Source of the DNA: an uncultured Acidobacteriota bacterium
GTDB lineage: Bacteria; Acidobacteriota; Vicinamibacteria; Vicinamibacterales; JAKQTR01
NCBI GenBank assembly: GCA_963806085.1
Contig: CAWDWR010000003.1
Span: 943,498-1,007,497 of the forward strand
Reading direction: 5' to 3'
DNA: 64,000 bases
The translations under genes were made by a program, and so were the position numbers. How positions within the stretch are numbered: the stretch's first letter is position 1; each line of letters begins with the position of its first letter. The notes below the pieces were generated by a model, which was given only the letters and a program-made list of their open reading frames with translations, was not told where the DNA came from and did no database searches. Shown here one piece after another: positions 36,541 through 44,505 of the stretch.

Positions 36541-37695
36541 ATGAAGCCACTACTCACGTACTGCGAGCGCGAATTGCCGTGGCTGATCGAGACCATTGAG
36601 GCCCTGGTCCGCCTCGAGTCGCCGAGCGGCGACGCGCCGGCAATCAATCGGTGCATGGCGGAACTCGGGTCCCGCCTGCAAGCCATCGGCGGCACCATCA
36701 CTCGCATCTCCGGCGGGCCGGCCGGCGATCATCTCAGGGCGGAATTCGGCGGAGGCGGGCGCCGGACGCTGCTGCTCGGCCACATCGACACGGTCTGGCC
36801 GGTCGGCACGCTCGCGGAGCGTCCGTTCCGGGTGGCAGACGGCAGGCTGGCCGGGCCCGGCGTCCTCGACATGAAGGCCGGCCTCGCGCTCGCGGCGCTG
36901 GCCATCAGGGCGCTCGCGCGTGACCCCGGCGGGCTGCCTGGCCGGCTTCTGATGCTCGTCACAACAGACGAGGAAGTCGGCAGCGCCGCCTCGCGCCCGG
37001 TCATCGAGGCGGAGGCCCTCGCGAGCGATGCCGTCCTCGTGCTCGAACCCGCGCTGCCGGACGGCGCCCTCAAGACGAGCCGCAAAGGCTGCGGCGCCTT
37101 CGTCCTCCGCGTGTCGGGCCGCGCCGCGCACGCCGGCGTCGAACCCGAGCGCGGCGCCAGTGCCATCAGCGAACTGGCAAGGCAGATCCCCCGCGTCGAA
37201 GCGCTGGCAGACCCGGCTGCCGGCACAACCGTCAACGTGGGCGTCATCCGCGGCGGGTTGCGCCCGAATGTCGTAGCCGCCGACGCCGAGGCGGCCGTCG
37301 ACGTCCGCGCCCCTTCCGCCGCCGAGGCGGCCCGGGTTGCCTCGGCGCTGGCGGCCCTGACGCCGCTCGACGGGCGGACCCGGCTGAGCATCACGGGCGG
37401 GTTCGACCGTCCGCCGATGGAGCGCTCCGAGGGAGCGGCCAGGCTTTTCGCCATGGCCCGGGATGTCGCCGCCGGGCTCGGGCGCACGCTTGGCGAAGGG
37501 GGCACGGGCGGAGGCTCGGACGGGAACCTGACCGCCGCGCTCGGCGTCCCAACGCTAGACGGGCTCGGCGCCGTCGGCGGGGGAGCCCACGCCGAGGACG
37601 AACACGTGATCATCGCCGACCTCCCCTGGCGCGGCGCGCTGCTGGCCGGGTTGCTGCGTGAGGTCTCGCGGTCTACACTGGTTCGTCGAGGCTGA
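36541..37695 (+). CDS. M20-family metallopeptidase (carboxypeptidase G2-like)
   Basis: Intact 384 aa. Motifs: LLGHIDTVWP, GPGVLDMKAG, TTDEEVGS. Confidence 0.8.
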   Translation: MKPLLTYCERELPWLIETIEALVRLESPSGDAPAINRCMAELGSRLQAIGGTITRISGGPAGDHLRAEFGGGGRRTLLLGHIDTVWPVGTLAERPFRVADGRLAGPGVLDMKAGLALAALAIRALARDPGGLPGRLLMLVTTDEEVGSAASRPVIEAEALASDAVLVLEPALPDGALKTSRKGCGAFVLRVSGRAAHAGVEPERGASAISELARQIPRVEALADPAAGTTVNVGVIRGGLRPNVVAADAEAAVDVRAPSAAEAARVASALAALTPLDGRTRLSITGGFDRPPMERSEGAARLFAMARDVAAGLGRTLGEGGTGGGSDGNLTAALGVPTLDGLGAVGGGAHAEDEHVIIADLPWRGALLAGLLREVSRSTLVRRG

Positions 37696-37707
37696 CAGGG
37701 AATCATC

Positions 37708-38547
37708 ATGGGAAACACGATCAAGACCGCATTGTTGCTGGGGCTGATGAGCGGCGTGCTGCTGGTGCTCGGGGACTACCTGGGCGGGTCCGGCGGCCTG
37801 ATGATGGCGTTCGTCTTCGCCGTGATCATGAACTTCGCCTCGTACTGGTTCTCCGACAAGATCGTCCTGGCGATGTACAAGGCGCAGCCGGTGGGTCCGG
37901 AGCATCCCCTTTACCAGATCACCGCTCGGCTGGCGCAGCGCGCCGGATTGCCGATGCCGAAGGTCTACATCATTCCCGACCAGTCGCCCAACGCGTTTGC
38001 GACCGGGCGCAACCCGTCGCACGCGGCCGTGGCGGCCACCGAGGGCATCCTCCGGCTGCTCGACGAGCGTGAGATCGAAGGCGTCCTCGCGCACGAACTG
38101 GCCCACGTGAAGCACCGCGACATCCTGATCAGCTCGATTGCGGCCACGATGGCTGCCGCGATCATGATGGTGGCGCGGATGGCGCAGTTCGCGGCGATGT
38201 TCGGCGGCGGCAGCCGCGACGACCGCGAGGGCGGCTCGAACCCGATCGCGCTCCTCGCGACGGTGATCCTGGCGCCCATCGCCGCGATGCTCATCCAGGC
38301 GGCCATCTCGCGCTCACGCGAGTTCGGCGCCGACAGGGGCGGCGCGGAGATCGCCGGCACGCCGTACGGCCTGGTCGACGCCCTCAAGAAGCTGGAGTTC
38401 GCGTCGAAGCGTATCCCGATGGACGCGAACCCCGCGACGGCGCACATGTTCATCATGAAGCCGTTCAGCGTGCACGGGATGCTCTCGCTGTTCAGCACCC
38501 ACCCGCCGACCGAGGCCCGCGTCCGCGCCCTGCTCGGGCAGGCGTAA
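37708..38547 (+). CDS. htpX: Zinc metalloprotease HtpX
   Basis: Intact 279 aa. Motifs: HELAHVKHRD (HExxH), NAFATG, REFGADRGGAEI. TM helices are present. Confidence 0.92.
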   Translation: MGNTIKTALLLGLMSGVLLVLGDYLGGSGGLMMAFVFAVIMNFASYWFSDKIVLAMYKAQPVGPEHPLYQITARLAQRAGLPMPKVYIIPDQSPNAFATGRNPSHAAVAATEGILRLLDEREIEGVLAHELAHVKHRDILISSIAATMAAAIMMVARMAQFAAMFGGGSRDDREGGSNPIALLATVILAPIAAMLIQAAISRSREFGADRGGAEIAGTPYGLVDALKKLEFASKRIPMDANPATAHMFIMKPFSVHGMLSLFSTHPPTEARVRALLGQA

Positions 38548-38551
38548 AGAT

Positions 38552-38586
38552 CGGGACTCGGGATTCGGGATTCGGGATTCGCGAAC
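38552..38586 (+). repeat. Single-arm heptamer array (CGGGATT)n, G-rich on the htpX sense strand
   Basis: cgggact cgggatt cgggatt cgggatt cgcgaac starts 5 nt after the htpX stop. It fits G3N4G3N4G3N4G3. It shares its tail CGCGAAC-YGCRACGCC with the inverted copy at 60444-60478. Confidence 0.8.
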
Positions 38587-38705
38587 CGCACGCCCCGGGC
38601 GCAGCCTTGACGATGGCCTGCCACAGGCATTCGGCAGGCCTGGCTGCCGGCTCCTCCGTTCCGCCGCCTCTGGCCGCTGAATGCTAGAATCAGCCGTTCA
38701 GCTCC

Positions 38706-39707
38706 ATGGAGGGAGCCGCGATGCAGAACAACCTTCTTTCCAGGCGTGCGTGGTTGCGTGCGGCGGGCGGAGCCGCCGTTCTCGGTGCCATCCCGTTCAG
38801 GAGCTCCAAGGCCTCGGCCCAGGCGGGCCGCAAGCCGAACTCCAAGGTGGCAGGCGTTCAGCTGGGTGTCACCACCTACAGCTACGGATCGATGCCCCAC
38901 AAGGTCGATGACGTGGTTCAGTACCTGCTCTACGCGGGAGTCAATTCCATCGAGCTTCGCAACGTGGCGGAGGAGGACCTCGGCATCCCCGAGATCCCGC
39001 GCCGGCCGCGCGGCGGCGCGCCGCTCACCGAGCAGGAGAAGGCGGAGCTTGCCAAGGCCGCCGAATCGATCCGGGCAGCGCAGCGGCAGTGGCGCCTGTC
39101 GCTGCCGATGGAACGCTACGCGCAGATGCGCAAGAAATTCAACGATGCGGGCATCGAGGTCTACATCGCCAAGTTCGCGCCGTCCGCGTGGTCCGACGAG
39201 GAAATCGACTACGCCTACACGGCCGCGAAGACACTCGGCTCGATTGGCATCACGGACGAGCTGAGCGAGCAAGCCTGCAGGCGTCTGGGCACCTTCGCGG
39301 AGAAGCACAAGAGCCTGGCGATGTTCCACACGCACGGCCAGGTAGCGGACGCCGGGTTCTCCTTCGACAAGTACCTCGCCTATTCGCCGGCCAACCTGCT
39401 GAACCTGGATGCCGGCCACTACTTCGGGGCGACCGGCCTGCATCCGAACGACGTGATCGTGAAGTACCACGACCGGATGCGCAGCATCCACATCAAGGAC
39501 AAGACCGGGCCGAAGCACGCCACGCCGAACGCGAACAAGCCCTTTGGCCAGGGCGAGACGCCGATCGCGGACGTCCTCCTGCTGCTCAAGAAAGAGCAGT
39601 GGCCGATCAGGGTCGACGTCGAGCTGGAGTATCCGATCCCGGAAGGCTCCGACGCGGCCAAGGAAACGAAGAAGTGCATCGACTACATGAGGAACATCCT
39701 CGAGTAG
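38706..39707 (+). CDS. TAT-exported sugar phosphate isomerase/epimerase (xylose-isomerase-like TIM barrel)
   Basis: Intact 333 aa. The twin-arginine signal reads LLSRRAWLRAAGGAAVLGA. TIM-barrel-like segments include LGVTTYSY, IELRN, HIKD. Confidence 0.75.
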   Translation: MEGAAMQNNLLSRRAWLRAAGGAAVLGAIPFRSSKASAQAGRKPNSKVAGVQLGVTTYSYGSMPHKVDDVVQYLLYAGVNSIELRNVAEEDLGIPEIPRRPRGGAPLTEQEKAELAKAAESIRAAQRQWRLSLPMERYAQMRKKFNDAGIEVYIAKFAPSAWSDEEIDYAYTAAKTLGSIGITDELSEQACRRLGTFAEKHKSLAMFHTHGQVADAGFSFDKYLAYSPANLLNLDAGHYFGATGLHPNDVIVKYHDRMRSIHIKDKTGPKHATPNANKPFGQGETPIADVLLLLKKEQWPIRVDVELEYPIPEGSDAAKETKKCIDYMRNILE

Positions 39708-39717
39708 CCGGGACGCC

Positions 39718-39761
39718 GGGGTCAGCCGCCGATTGCGGGTGACTGACCCCGTTCTCGGGGG
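39718..39761 (+). terminator. Stem-loops just after the isomerase stop (candidate terminator, no U-tract)
   Basis: GGGGTCAG (39718-39725) pairs with CTGACCCC (39743-39750). An overlapping alternative hairpin is CCCCG ttct CGGGG (39747-39760). Confidence 0.35.
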
Positions 39762-39787
39762 ACACGTCAGTTACGGGGGAACAAGAT

Positions 39788-40249
39788 AAGGCCGCCGAGT
39801 GGCGGGCGAAGCTGCCGAAGCCCGCCGCACAGGCGCCGGTAAAGTGATCCCTCCCACCCAGCGGGCGAGGACGTGATCACCTGACGTGTCACCGAACACA
39901 TGTTTGTCGAGACGCGCGTTCGCCCAAGTCCCGATGCGAAATCGATCCGGTTCTTGAGACTTTCGGAGCGCAGAATCCAGGGGGATTCTTGAGACGCTGG
40001 CCGGCAGCCGCCATGGGTAGGGTGAGGCAAGAGCGCACCGCGGGTGTCTCAATTGGCCGAGGGGTGCACGCTGATGGCCCGGAAGGCTTCACCGCGGCAT
40101 GACAAGGTCGAGCCTCGACACGGGTTCGAATCCCCGAGGGGAGTGCGGCAAGGGTGGCAGGGGGCCCCTCGCACGCGGATCGCCGGCCGGGTGGATCGCG
40201 CCGCGAAGAGCGTGCGCTGGTTCGAATCCGGTCATCCCGGACGCCAGCC
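39788..40249 (+). ncRNA. Structured non-coding stretch with an RNase P S-domain-like motif and two T-loop modules; identity unresolved
   Basis: There is no credible ORF. 40006-40044 reads AGCCGCCAUGGGUAGGGUGAGGCAAGAGCGCACCGCGGG, which resembles bacterial RNase P ..CCGCCGAUGG..GGUAAGGGUGAAAGGGUGCGGUAAGAGCGCACCGCG. T-loop motifs lie at 40122-40135 (GGGTTCGAATCCCC) and 40216-40232 (GCTGGTTCGAATCCGGT). Helices include GGCGGGC/GCCCGCC and TTGAGAC/GTCTCAA. I could not find the canonical CR-I GGAAAGUCC or a P4 pairing. Confidence 0.3.
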
Positions 40250-40274
40250 CCTATTTGACGAACCACCGCGCCGT

Positions 40275-40946
40275 TCACGACAGCAGGAAGGGCCTCATCG
40301 GCGCCCACCGCTTTTTCCAGACCAAGGGTACAAGCAGTCGAGTCACGATGAATGGCATTCCCCTGGCAAACATCGCCCGTTCCTCCGGCGGGAGGTTGTA
40401 TAGGAGAAACGGCACGACGAGATAGTCCGGCCCCGTATGCTTTCGGCCGTGCTCCGCAAACAGCCCGCTCAGCCTCGTGTGCTCTTCCGGCGCGAGCAGG
40501 GGTCCGACCTTGTCAGGTGCAAAATGGCCTTGCTCAACCCCAATGTGGGGATGCCATATCTCGGCGATCCTCCTTAAGAACCCATTCAGCTTGTTTAGCG
40601 AAGCAGCGTCCTGTGGATCGCCTGCCACGTCCTCAACCGCGAGCTTGATTTGATCCAAGATGTGCACCAGTTCCTGGTGTTGGGCAATCAGCAGGTCGTA
40701 CGGCGCATCCGGCAACTTCGCTCGCAGGTAGGGGAACACCAGTTCCTCCTCCGTGAGGTGGTGCGCATGGAGCACCGAAACAAAACTCCGGGCGTAGCCG
40801 ATGAACCCTTCCCGCGTTGACGCATCGGGAAAGCCCTCTCGAGCAAACACCAGACTCTTCTCGGTGGCCACGTTCAAGCCACGCGTGATGATCGAGTGGA
40901 TACTGAGCAAATCCAACGCCACATTGGGTGCCCTCGTCTCAGCCAT
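40275..40946 (-). CDS. Hemerythrin-like (HHE cation-binding) domain protein
   Basis: Intact 223 aa with SD GAGGAGG upstream. His/Glu ligand patterns include SVLHAHHLTEEELVFPYL and IWHPHIGVEQGHF. GC is visibly lower (about 57-58%) than the flanking genes. Confidence 0.65.
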   Translation of the reverse strand: MAETRAPNVALDLLSIHSIITRGLNVATEKSLVFAREGFPDASTREGFIGYARSFVSVLHAHHLTEEELVFPYLRAKLPDAPYDLLIAQHQELVHILDQIKLAVEDVAGDPQDAASLNKLNGFLRRIAEIWHPHIGVEQGHFAPDKVGPLLAPEEHTRLSGLFAEHGRKHTGPDYLVVPFLLYNLPPEERAMFARGMPFIVTRLLVPLVWKKRWAPMRPFLLS

Positions 40947-41156
40947 CTCCGCCTCCTCGAATGTAGTGGTTCTGATGCAGCGCTGCTACCGCGCTGGCTG
41001 CCGTTTCTTCTCCGAGGCTCTGGGCTGCTCCTAAACGGTACAAGCTTCTTCTCTGCGCATGCGCGGCCAATTCTCTGATCCGTTGCCAACAGACATTCTT
41101 GCGTCAAAGCACGAATCCCCGCCTTGGACCTCCGGCTTGCGCATCATAGGCTCCTA

Positions 41157-41870
41157 CCGACCTTGAGACAATGCGTTCGCCACCAGAGCAGGCCCTGGCT
41201 TCTCCCGAGGCTTCGCCTCGACCACCGGAGGAGGGGAGTCAGCGGGAGCGTCGGGCCTCTTCAATCCGGGAAACGCTCTGCGAATCGCAGCGGCTTCGTC
41301 TTCGAGTTCCTTCAACCGCGCAATCGCGCCAGTTTCTCGAACTCGTGCTCAACGGGCGCATCACGATCACGCGAGGGAGGAACCGGCTCGGCTTCGACAC
41401 GCACCGCGTCCGGATCCCGCTCCGGCTGGATCGACTCTTCGAGGGCAAATTGTCAATTCGTGTGGCGTCCCCGACGGGATTGCCCATGTCGGACGGGGTT
41501 GGAGGGCTACTGCGCAGAGCCGCCTGAAGGTTCAGGCGTACACGACGAGGGTCGCCGCGGCGGCACGGGATTCCGTCAATCCCGCACCCGCCGCTTGCAG
41601 ATCCAAATGGTCTGGGTTGGGAGGAAGTCCAGGATCTTCACCGTCTCGAAGTCGGCATCCTGAAGCTGTCGGACAGTCTGGTGGAGGACGGACTTCGTAT
41701 CCTGCTCGGGTATCTCCGGATTCCCGGGACGTGAACTGGCTGAGGGAGCGCTTCTGACGCACCCCCGGGCGTGGTCATCGGCGGCTCCTGGGTCCCCAGG
41801 ACCTCCAGAGTACCGAGCAGGCCCAGCACCAGCCAGCCACATGTCGTCCATGCCCTCGCCTGATCCATGT
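41157..41870 (-). pseudogene. Decayed ORF fragments, including a sigma-70 region-4-like HTH segment and an acidic coiled-coil fragment
   Basis: IPEQDTKSVLHQTVRQLQDADFETVKILDFLPTQTIWICKRRV fits the ECF sigma region 4 pattern. Downstream fragments read EHEFEKLARLR / LKELEDEAAAIRRAF...ALSQGR. These are spread over three frames and no region 2 was found. Confidence 0.25.
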
Positions 41871-42430
41871 CCGCCTCCCCGGCTGTTACTCAATCAGACG
41901 ACGCAGCCAGGTCCGCGGCTGCAAGGAGCGACGCTGGACAAGCGCAAAGATGTGTATCAAGACTGCGACACCGAGCCGCAGCCGAGGGACGCCGCACCGT
42001 GCTGGGGGAGTAGACGTCACTTCGGCGGCTGGGCCGACGGGCCGCACCTCACGGGGGGACTCTCACGCGGCCCTGTCCGCGGTCGTAGCAGGCCCCTCGA
42101 GGGGGAGACCCGTGTTCGCGAGCGTCAAAGCGGATGACGACGCGCTTGAGTCGCCGTCTCATCAAACCTCTCCGGATCTCGGCTACAGGAACCCACGAAC
42201 TCGGAACAATTCCATATGGTTCCGCGCGTCGGCGCGTGTACCGACAAGCATCCGATTCTCGAGACGGTGGACCGGGCCTAAGCACTGGGAGAGGTCGTCT
42301 GACCGCCGAATGGGCCACGTCACCCGTGTGATGGTCGCGTGCCCGAGCCGCGAGCTCCCTCAGGCATCGCCCGCACGCACGTGGTCGCCCCCGCGGACGG
42401 ACGACCGAATCTGGATTGGTTTTCGACGTT

Positions 42431-44388
42431 CTAGGCTGAAGTTCCACGTGATGGTGTGACAGATCTCCTCCGCTGTCAACGAGATCGCGGGCGGAGGCGT
42501 CGACGGTTTCTGACTACGTGACCGTGATCGTCTGGATCAGATCCAAGGCACGGCGCTGCGTGGCGGTTGGCGTCGTCGTCATGGTGAAGGTGGCCGCCTC
42601 GGCGCTCTCTCGCGGCCGACAGTGATTGCGGACGATCGCGCGGAGATCCTGCAGGAGGGTGCGGAAGCTGTGGACTGGGTCCCCCGCCGAGGTGCGGTGG
42701 GTGGCGGCCTTCGCGTCGGCGGCGGGTGAGCGGGTGGCGCGCGCCACCGGATCGCGCGTGGCCTTGGCCGCCTGATCCTCATCGGCAAAGAGCAGCGGCC
42801 GCCACACCTCGCGCAGGTGCCACTCGACGTAGTACGCCAGCATGCAGAGGAAGATGTGGCTACGCACGCGATCGGCGGTGCGATGGTGAATCGGCCGGAC
42901 GTGGAGGTCGATCGTCTTGAGACACCGAAACGCCCGTTCGACCTGGCTTAACGCCTTGTAGGTGCGGACCGTCTCGGCGTCATCCATCCGCGCGCGCGGG
43001 AGATTGGTGCGAATCACGTAGATCCCATCGAGCGCGGCTTCGGTGGTGATCGAGGTGCGCTTGCGCGTATAGGTGAAGCGACCCGCGCGGATCGTCAGCG
43101 CGAAGTGTTTCGCGACCTTGTATTTGTTGATGACGCGGCCGACCCGCACGCCGATGGCGGCGCGGTCCCGGAGGCGTCCCCGCGCAATCATGCGGTCGAC
43201 CGTGGCGAGCTCCGCCTCCGTCGCGGCCAGCAGCGCCTCGCGTTTATGCGTCCGGCGCGCCGCGAGGTCCGGATTCCGGCACGCAATCAGTCGCTCGCCG
43301 GGATACGCGGGACTGGTCAGGGCGCAGCGGTCGCGATCGTCGAAGAGGCCGAGTTGGAGCGGCCCGTCGGTATAGAGCTGTCGGATGGAGGCGCTCTTCA
43401 GCGCGGTGATCCACGCGACCCCGTCGAGGGTCTTCAGCGTGTCGATCGTGGCCTGGGCGATCATGCCCCGATCCCCGACCAGCACCACCTCCCGAATCCC
43501 AAAGGTCTCGCGGACGCGCTGCACCTGGGCCAGCACCGTCTGGCTGTCGGCGACATCGCCGTCGAAGACCGACACGGCGACCGGGCACCCGCGGCCGTCG
43601 GTGACCAGCCCGTAATTGACCTGGAGTTTGTCGCGCTTGCCGTCGCGGCTGTAGCCGCGTTTGGCCAGCGGGCAGGTCGTGCCTTCCAGGTAACTGGAAC
43701 TCAGGTCGTAGAGCACCAGCCCCCCCTGCGTGAGGTGGCGGGCCGCGAGCGCCTTCTCGATCTGCGGTTGCCGGGCGAGCAACCAGTCCATCGCCGCATA
43801 CAGGTCGTCCTCGGACGCCGCCTGCACGCCGAGATCCTCGGCCACGGTGGAAGTCTGCCACCATCGCGTTGTGGCCAACTTCGTGTGGGGCTCGAGCACC
43901 CGCGCGGCAATCAGGGCCTGCATCCGCGCTGCTTCCGGCGTGCGGCGCGATCCCAAGAGGCGCGCCAGCCCGACCCGGTCCATGGCCGCGAGTACCGCCT
44001 GCGCATCGCCGTGCGCCACGGAGCGAACCACCTCGATCGCCTCGGCGGGCAGCACAGCCTCGCCGCGCAGCGCGCGACGGATCCACGCAATCAAGGGGCG
44101 CGGCAGATGCGAGAGATTGCCGACCGTTTCGTTGCGCACGGCCGCCCCGTCGCGGTAACTGCGGCGGAGCAGGTGGGTCTCGTAGACCTTGCCTTTGTAG
44201 TGCCGTGTTGTGGTGACGACATGCACCGCGCCAGATCGTCGTGGCATCGGTAGATAATACTCATCGCCCCGCCGTCTGTCAAGGCTATTAGTGACTACAT
44301 TTGACAACAGGAAAAAGGCCAGAACCCCACGGATTCTGGCCAGAAACCGCTTCAATGCGAGGCTAACGTGTACGGAACTTCAGTCTAG
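42431..44388 (-). mobile_element. IS1634-family (IS4-like) insertion sequence, about 1.96 kb, apparently complete
   Basis: The terminal inverted repeats are CTAGGCTGAAGTTCC (42431-42445) and GGAACTTCAGTCTAG (44374-44388), matching at 14/15. They enclose one intact transposase ORF. Confidence 0.75.
42514..44247 (-). CDS. IS1634-family DDE transposase
   Basis: Intact. The likely start is MPRRSGAVHVVTTTRHYKGKVYETHLLRRSYRDGAAVRNETVGNLSHLP. Also LVLYDLSSSY, VLVGDRGM, YKALSQVERAFRCLKT, RVRSHIFLCMLAYYVEWHL. Confidence 0.8.
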   Translation of the reverse strand: MPRRSGAVHVVTTTRHYKGKVYETHLLRRSYRDGAAVRNETVGNLSHLPRPLIAWIRRALRGEAVLPAEAIEVVRSVAHGDAQAVLAAMDRVGLARLLGSRRTPEAARMQALIAARVLEPHTKLATTRWWQTSTVAEDLGVQAASEDDLYAAMDWLLARQPQIEKALAARHLTQGGLVLYDLSSSYLEGTTCPLAKRGYSRDGKRDKLQVNYGLVTDGRGCPVAVSVFDGDVADSQTVLAQVQRVRETFGIREVVLVGDRGMIAQATIDTLKTLDGVAWITALKSASIRQLYTDGPLQLGLFDDRDRCALTSPAYPGERLIACRNPDLAARRTHKREALLAATEAELATVDRMIARGRLRDRAAIGVRVGRVINKYKVAKHFALTIRAGRFTYTRKRTSITTEAALDGIYVIRTNLPRARMDDAETVRTYKALSQVERAFRCLKTIDLHVRPIHHRTADRVRSHIFLCMLAYYVEWHLREVWRPLLFADEDQAAKATRDPVARATRSPAADAKAATHRTSAGDPVHSFRTLLQDLRAIVRNHCRPRESAEAATFTMTTTPTATQRRALDLIQTITVT

Positions 44389-44505
44389 GCGCGACGCTTT
44401 CCTGCAATCCACCCCTGGTCCAAGCTGTCAGCCGATGCCTACTCCTGGCGCGTGACGGAGAAGCGGCGCACGCACGGATTCGACTCGACCTGCGCGCGCG
44501 CCTGT

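Noticed and set aside
38552-38586. Heptamer arrays as CRISPR arrays or as telomere-like repeats
   Set aside because: The units are 7 nt with no spacers, and there are no cas genes. The arrays have at most 5 units and are internal to a chromosome. They do not fit CRISPR or terminal-repeat biology.
40075-40232. SRP-RNA-like CCCGGAAGG and cobalamin-riboswitch-like GGUUCGAAUCCGG..UCCCG
   Set aside because: The flanks do not form the SRP helix-8 symmetric loop (no AGCA pairings). The GGGAA and GCCACUG B12-box elements are missing. The adjacent gene is on the opposite strand, so a riboswitch role is not supported.
40100-40249. Two GGTTCGAATCC motifs read as tRNA genes, a tRNA-Sec, or the 3' end of tmRNA
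   Set aside because: The first has only a 3-bp T-stem, and a full stem would require assuming a missing G. The second has a T-arm, but no complementary 5' acceptor strand (CGGGATG or GTCCGGG) lies at tRNA or tmRNA distance. Three extra nucleotides separate the T-stem from the ..GCCA end. No tag-peptide reading frame ending in a hydrophobic-AA stop was found.
41124-42459. Plus-strand ORFs 41124-41663, 41841-42137 and 41950-42459 as real genes
   Set aside because: Their compositions are Arg/Ser/Pro/Gly-rich with no motifs or RBS. The better protein-like text lies on the opposite strand and even that is fragmentary, so these are treated as non-coding or decayed.
42420-44400. Target-site duplication flanking the IS
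   Set aside because: The flanks (..tcgacgtt | IS | gcgcgacgcttt..) share only an offset CGACG-like string. There is no clean 5-6-bp direct repeat immediately adjacent to both inverted repeats, so no TSD is claimed.
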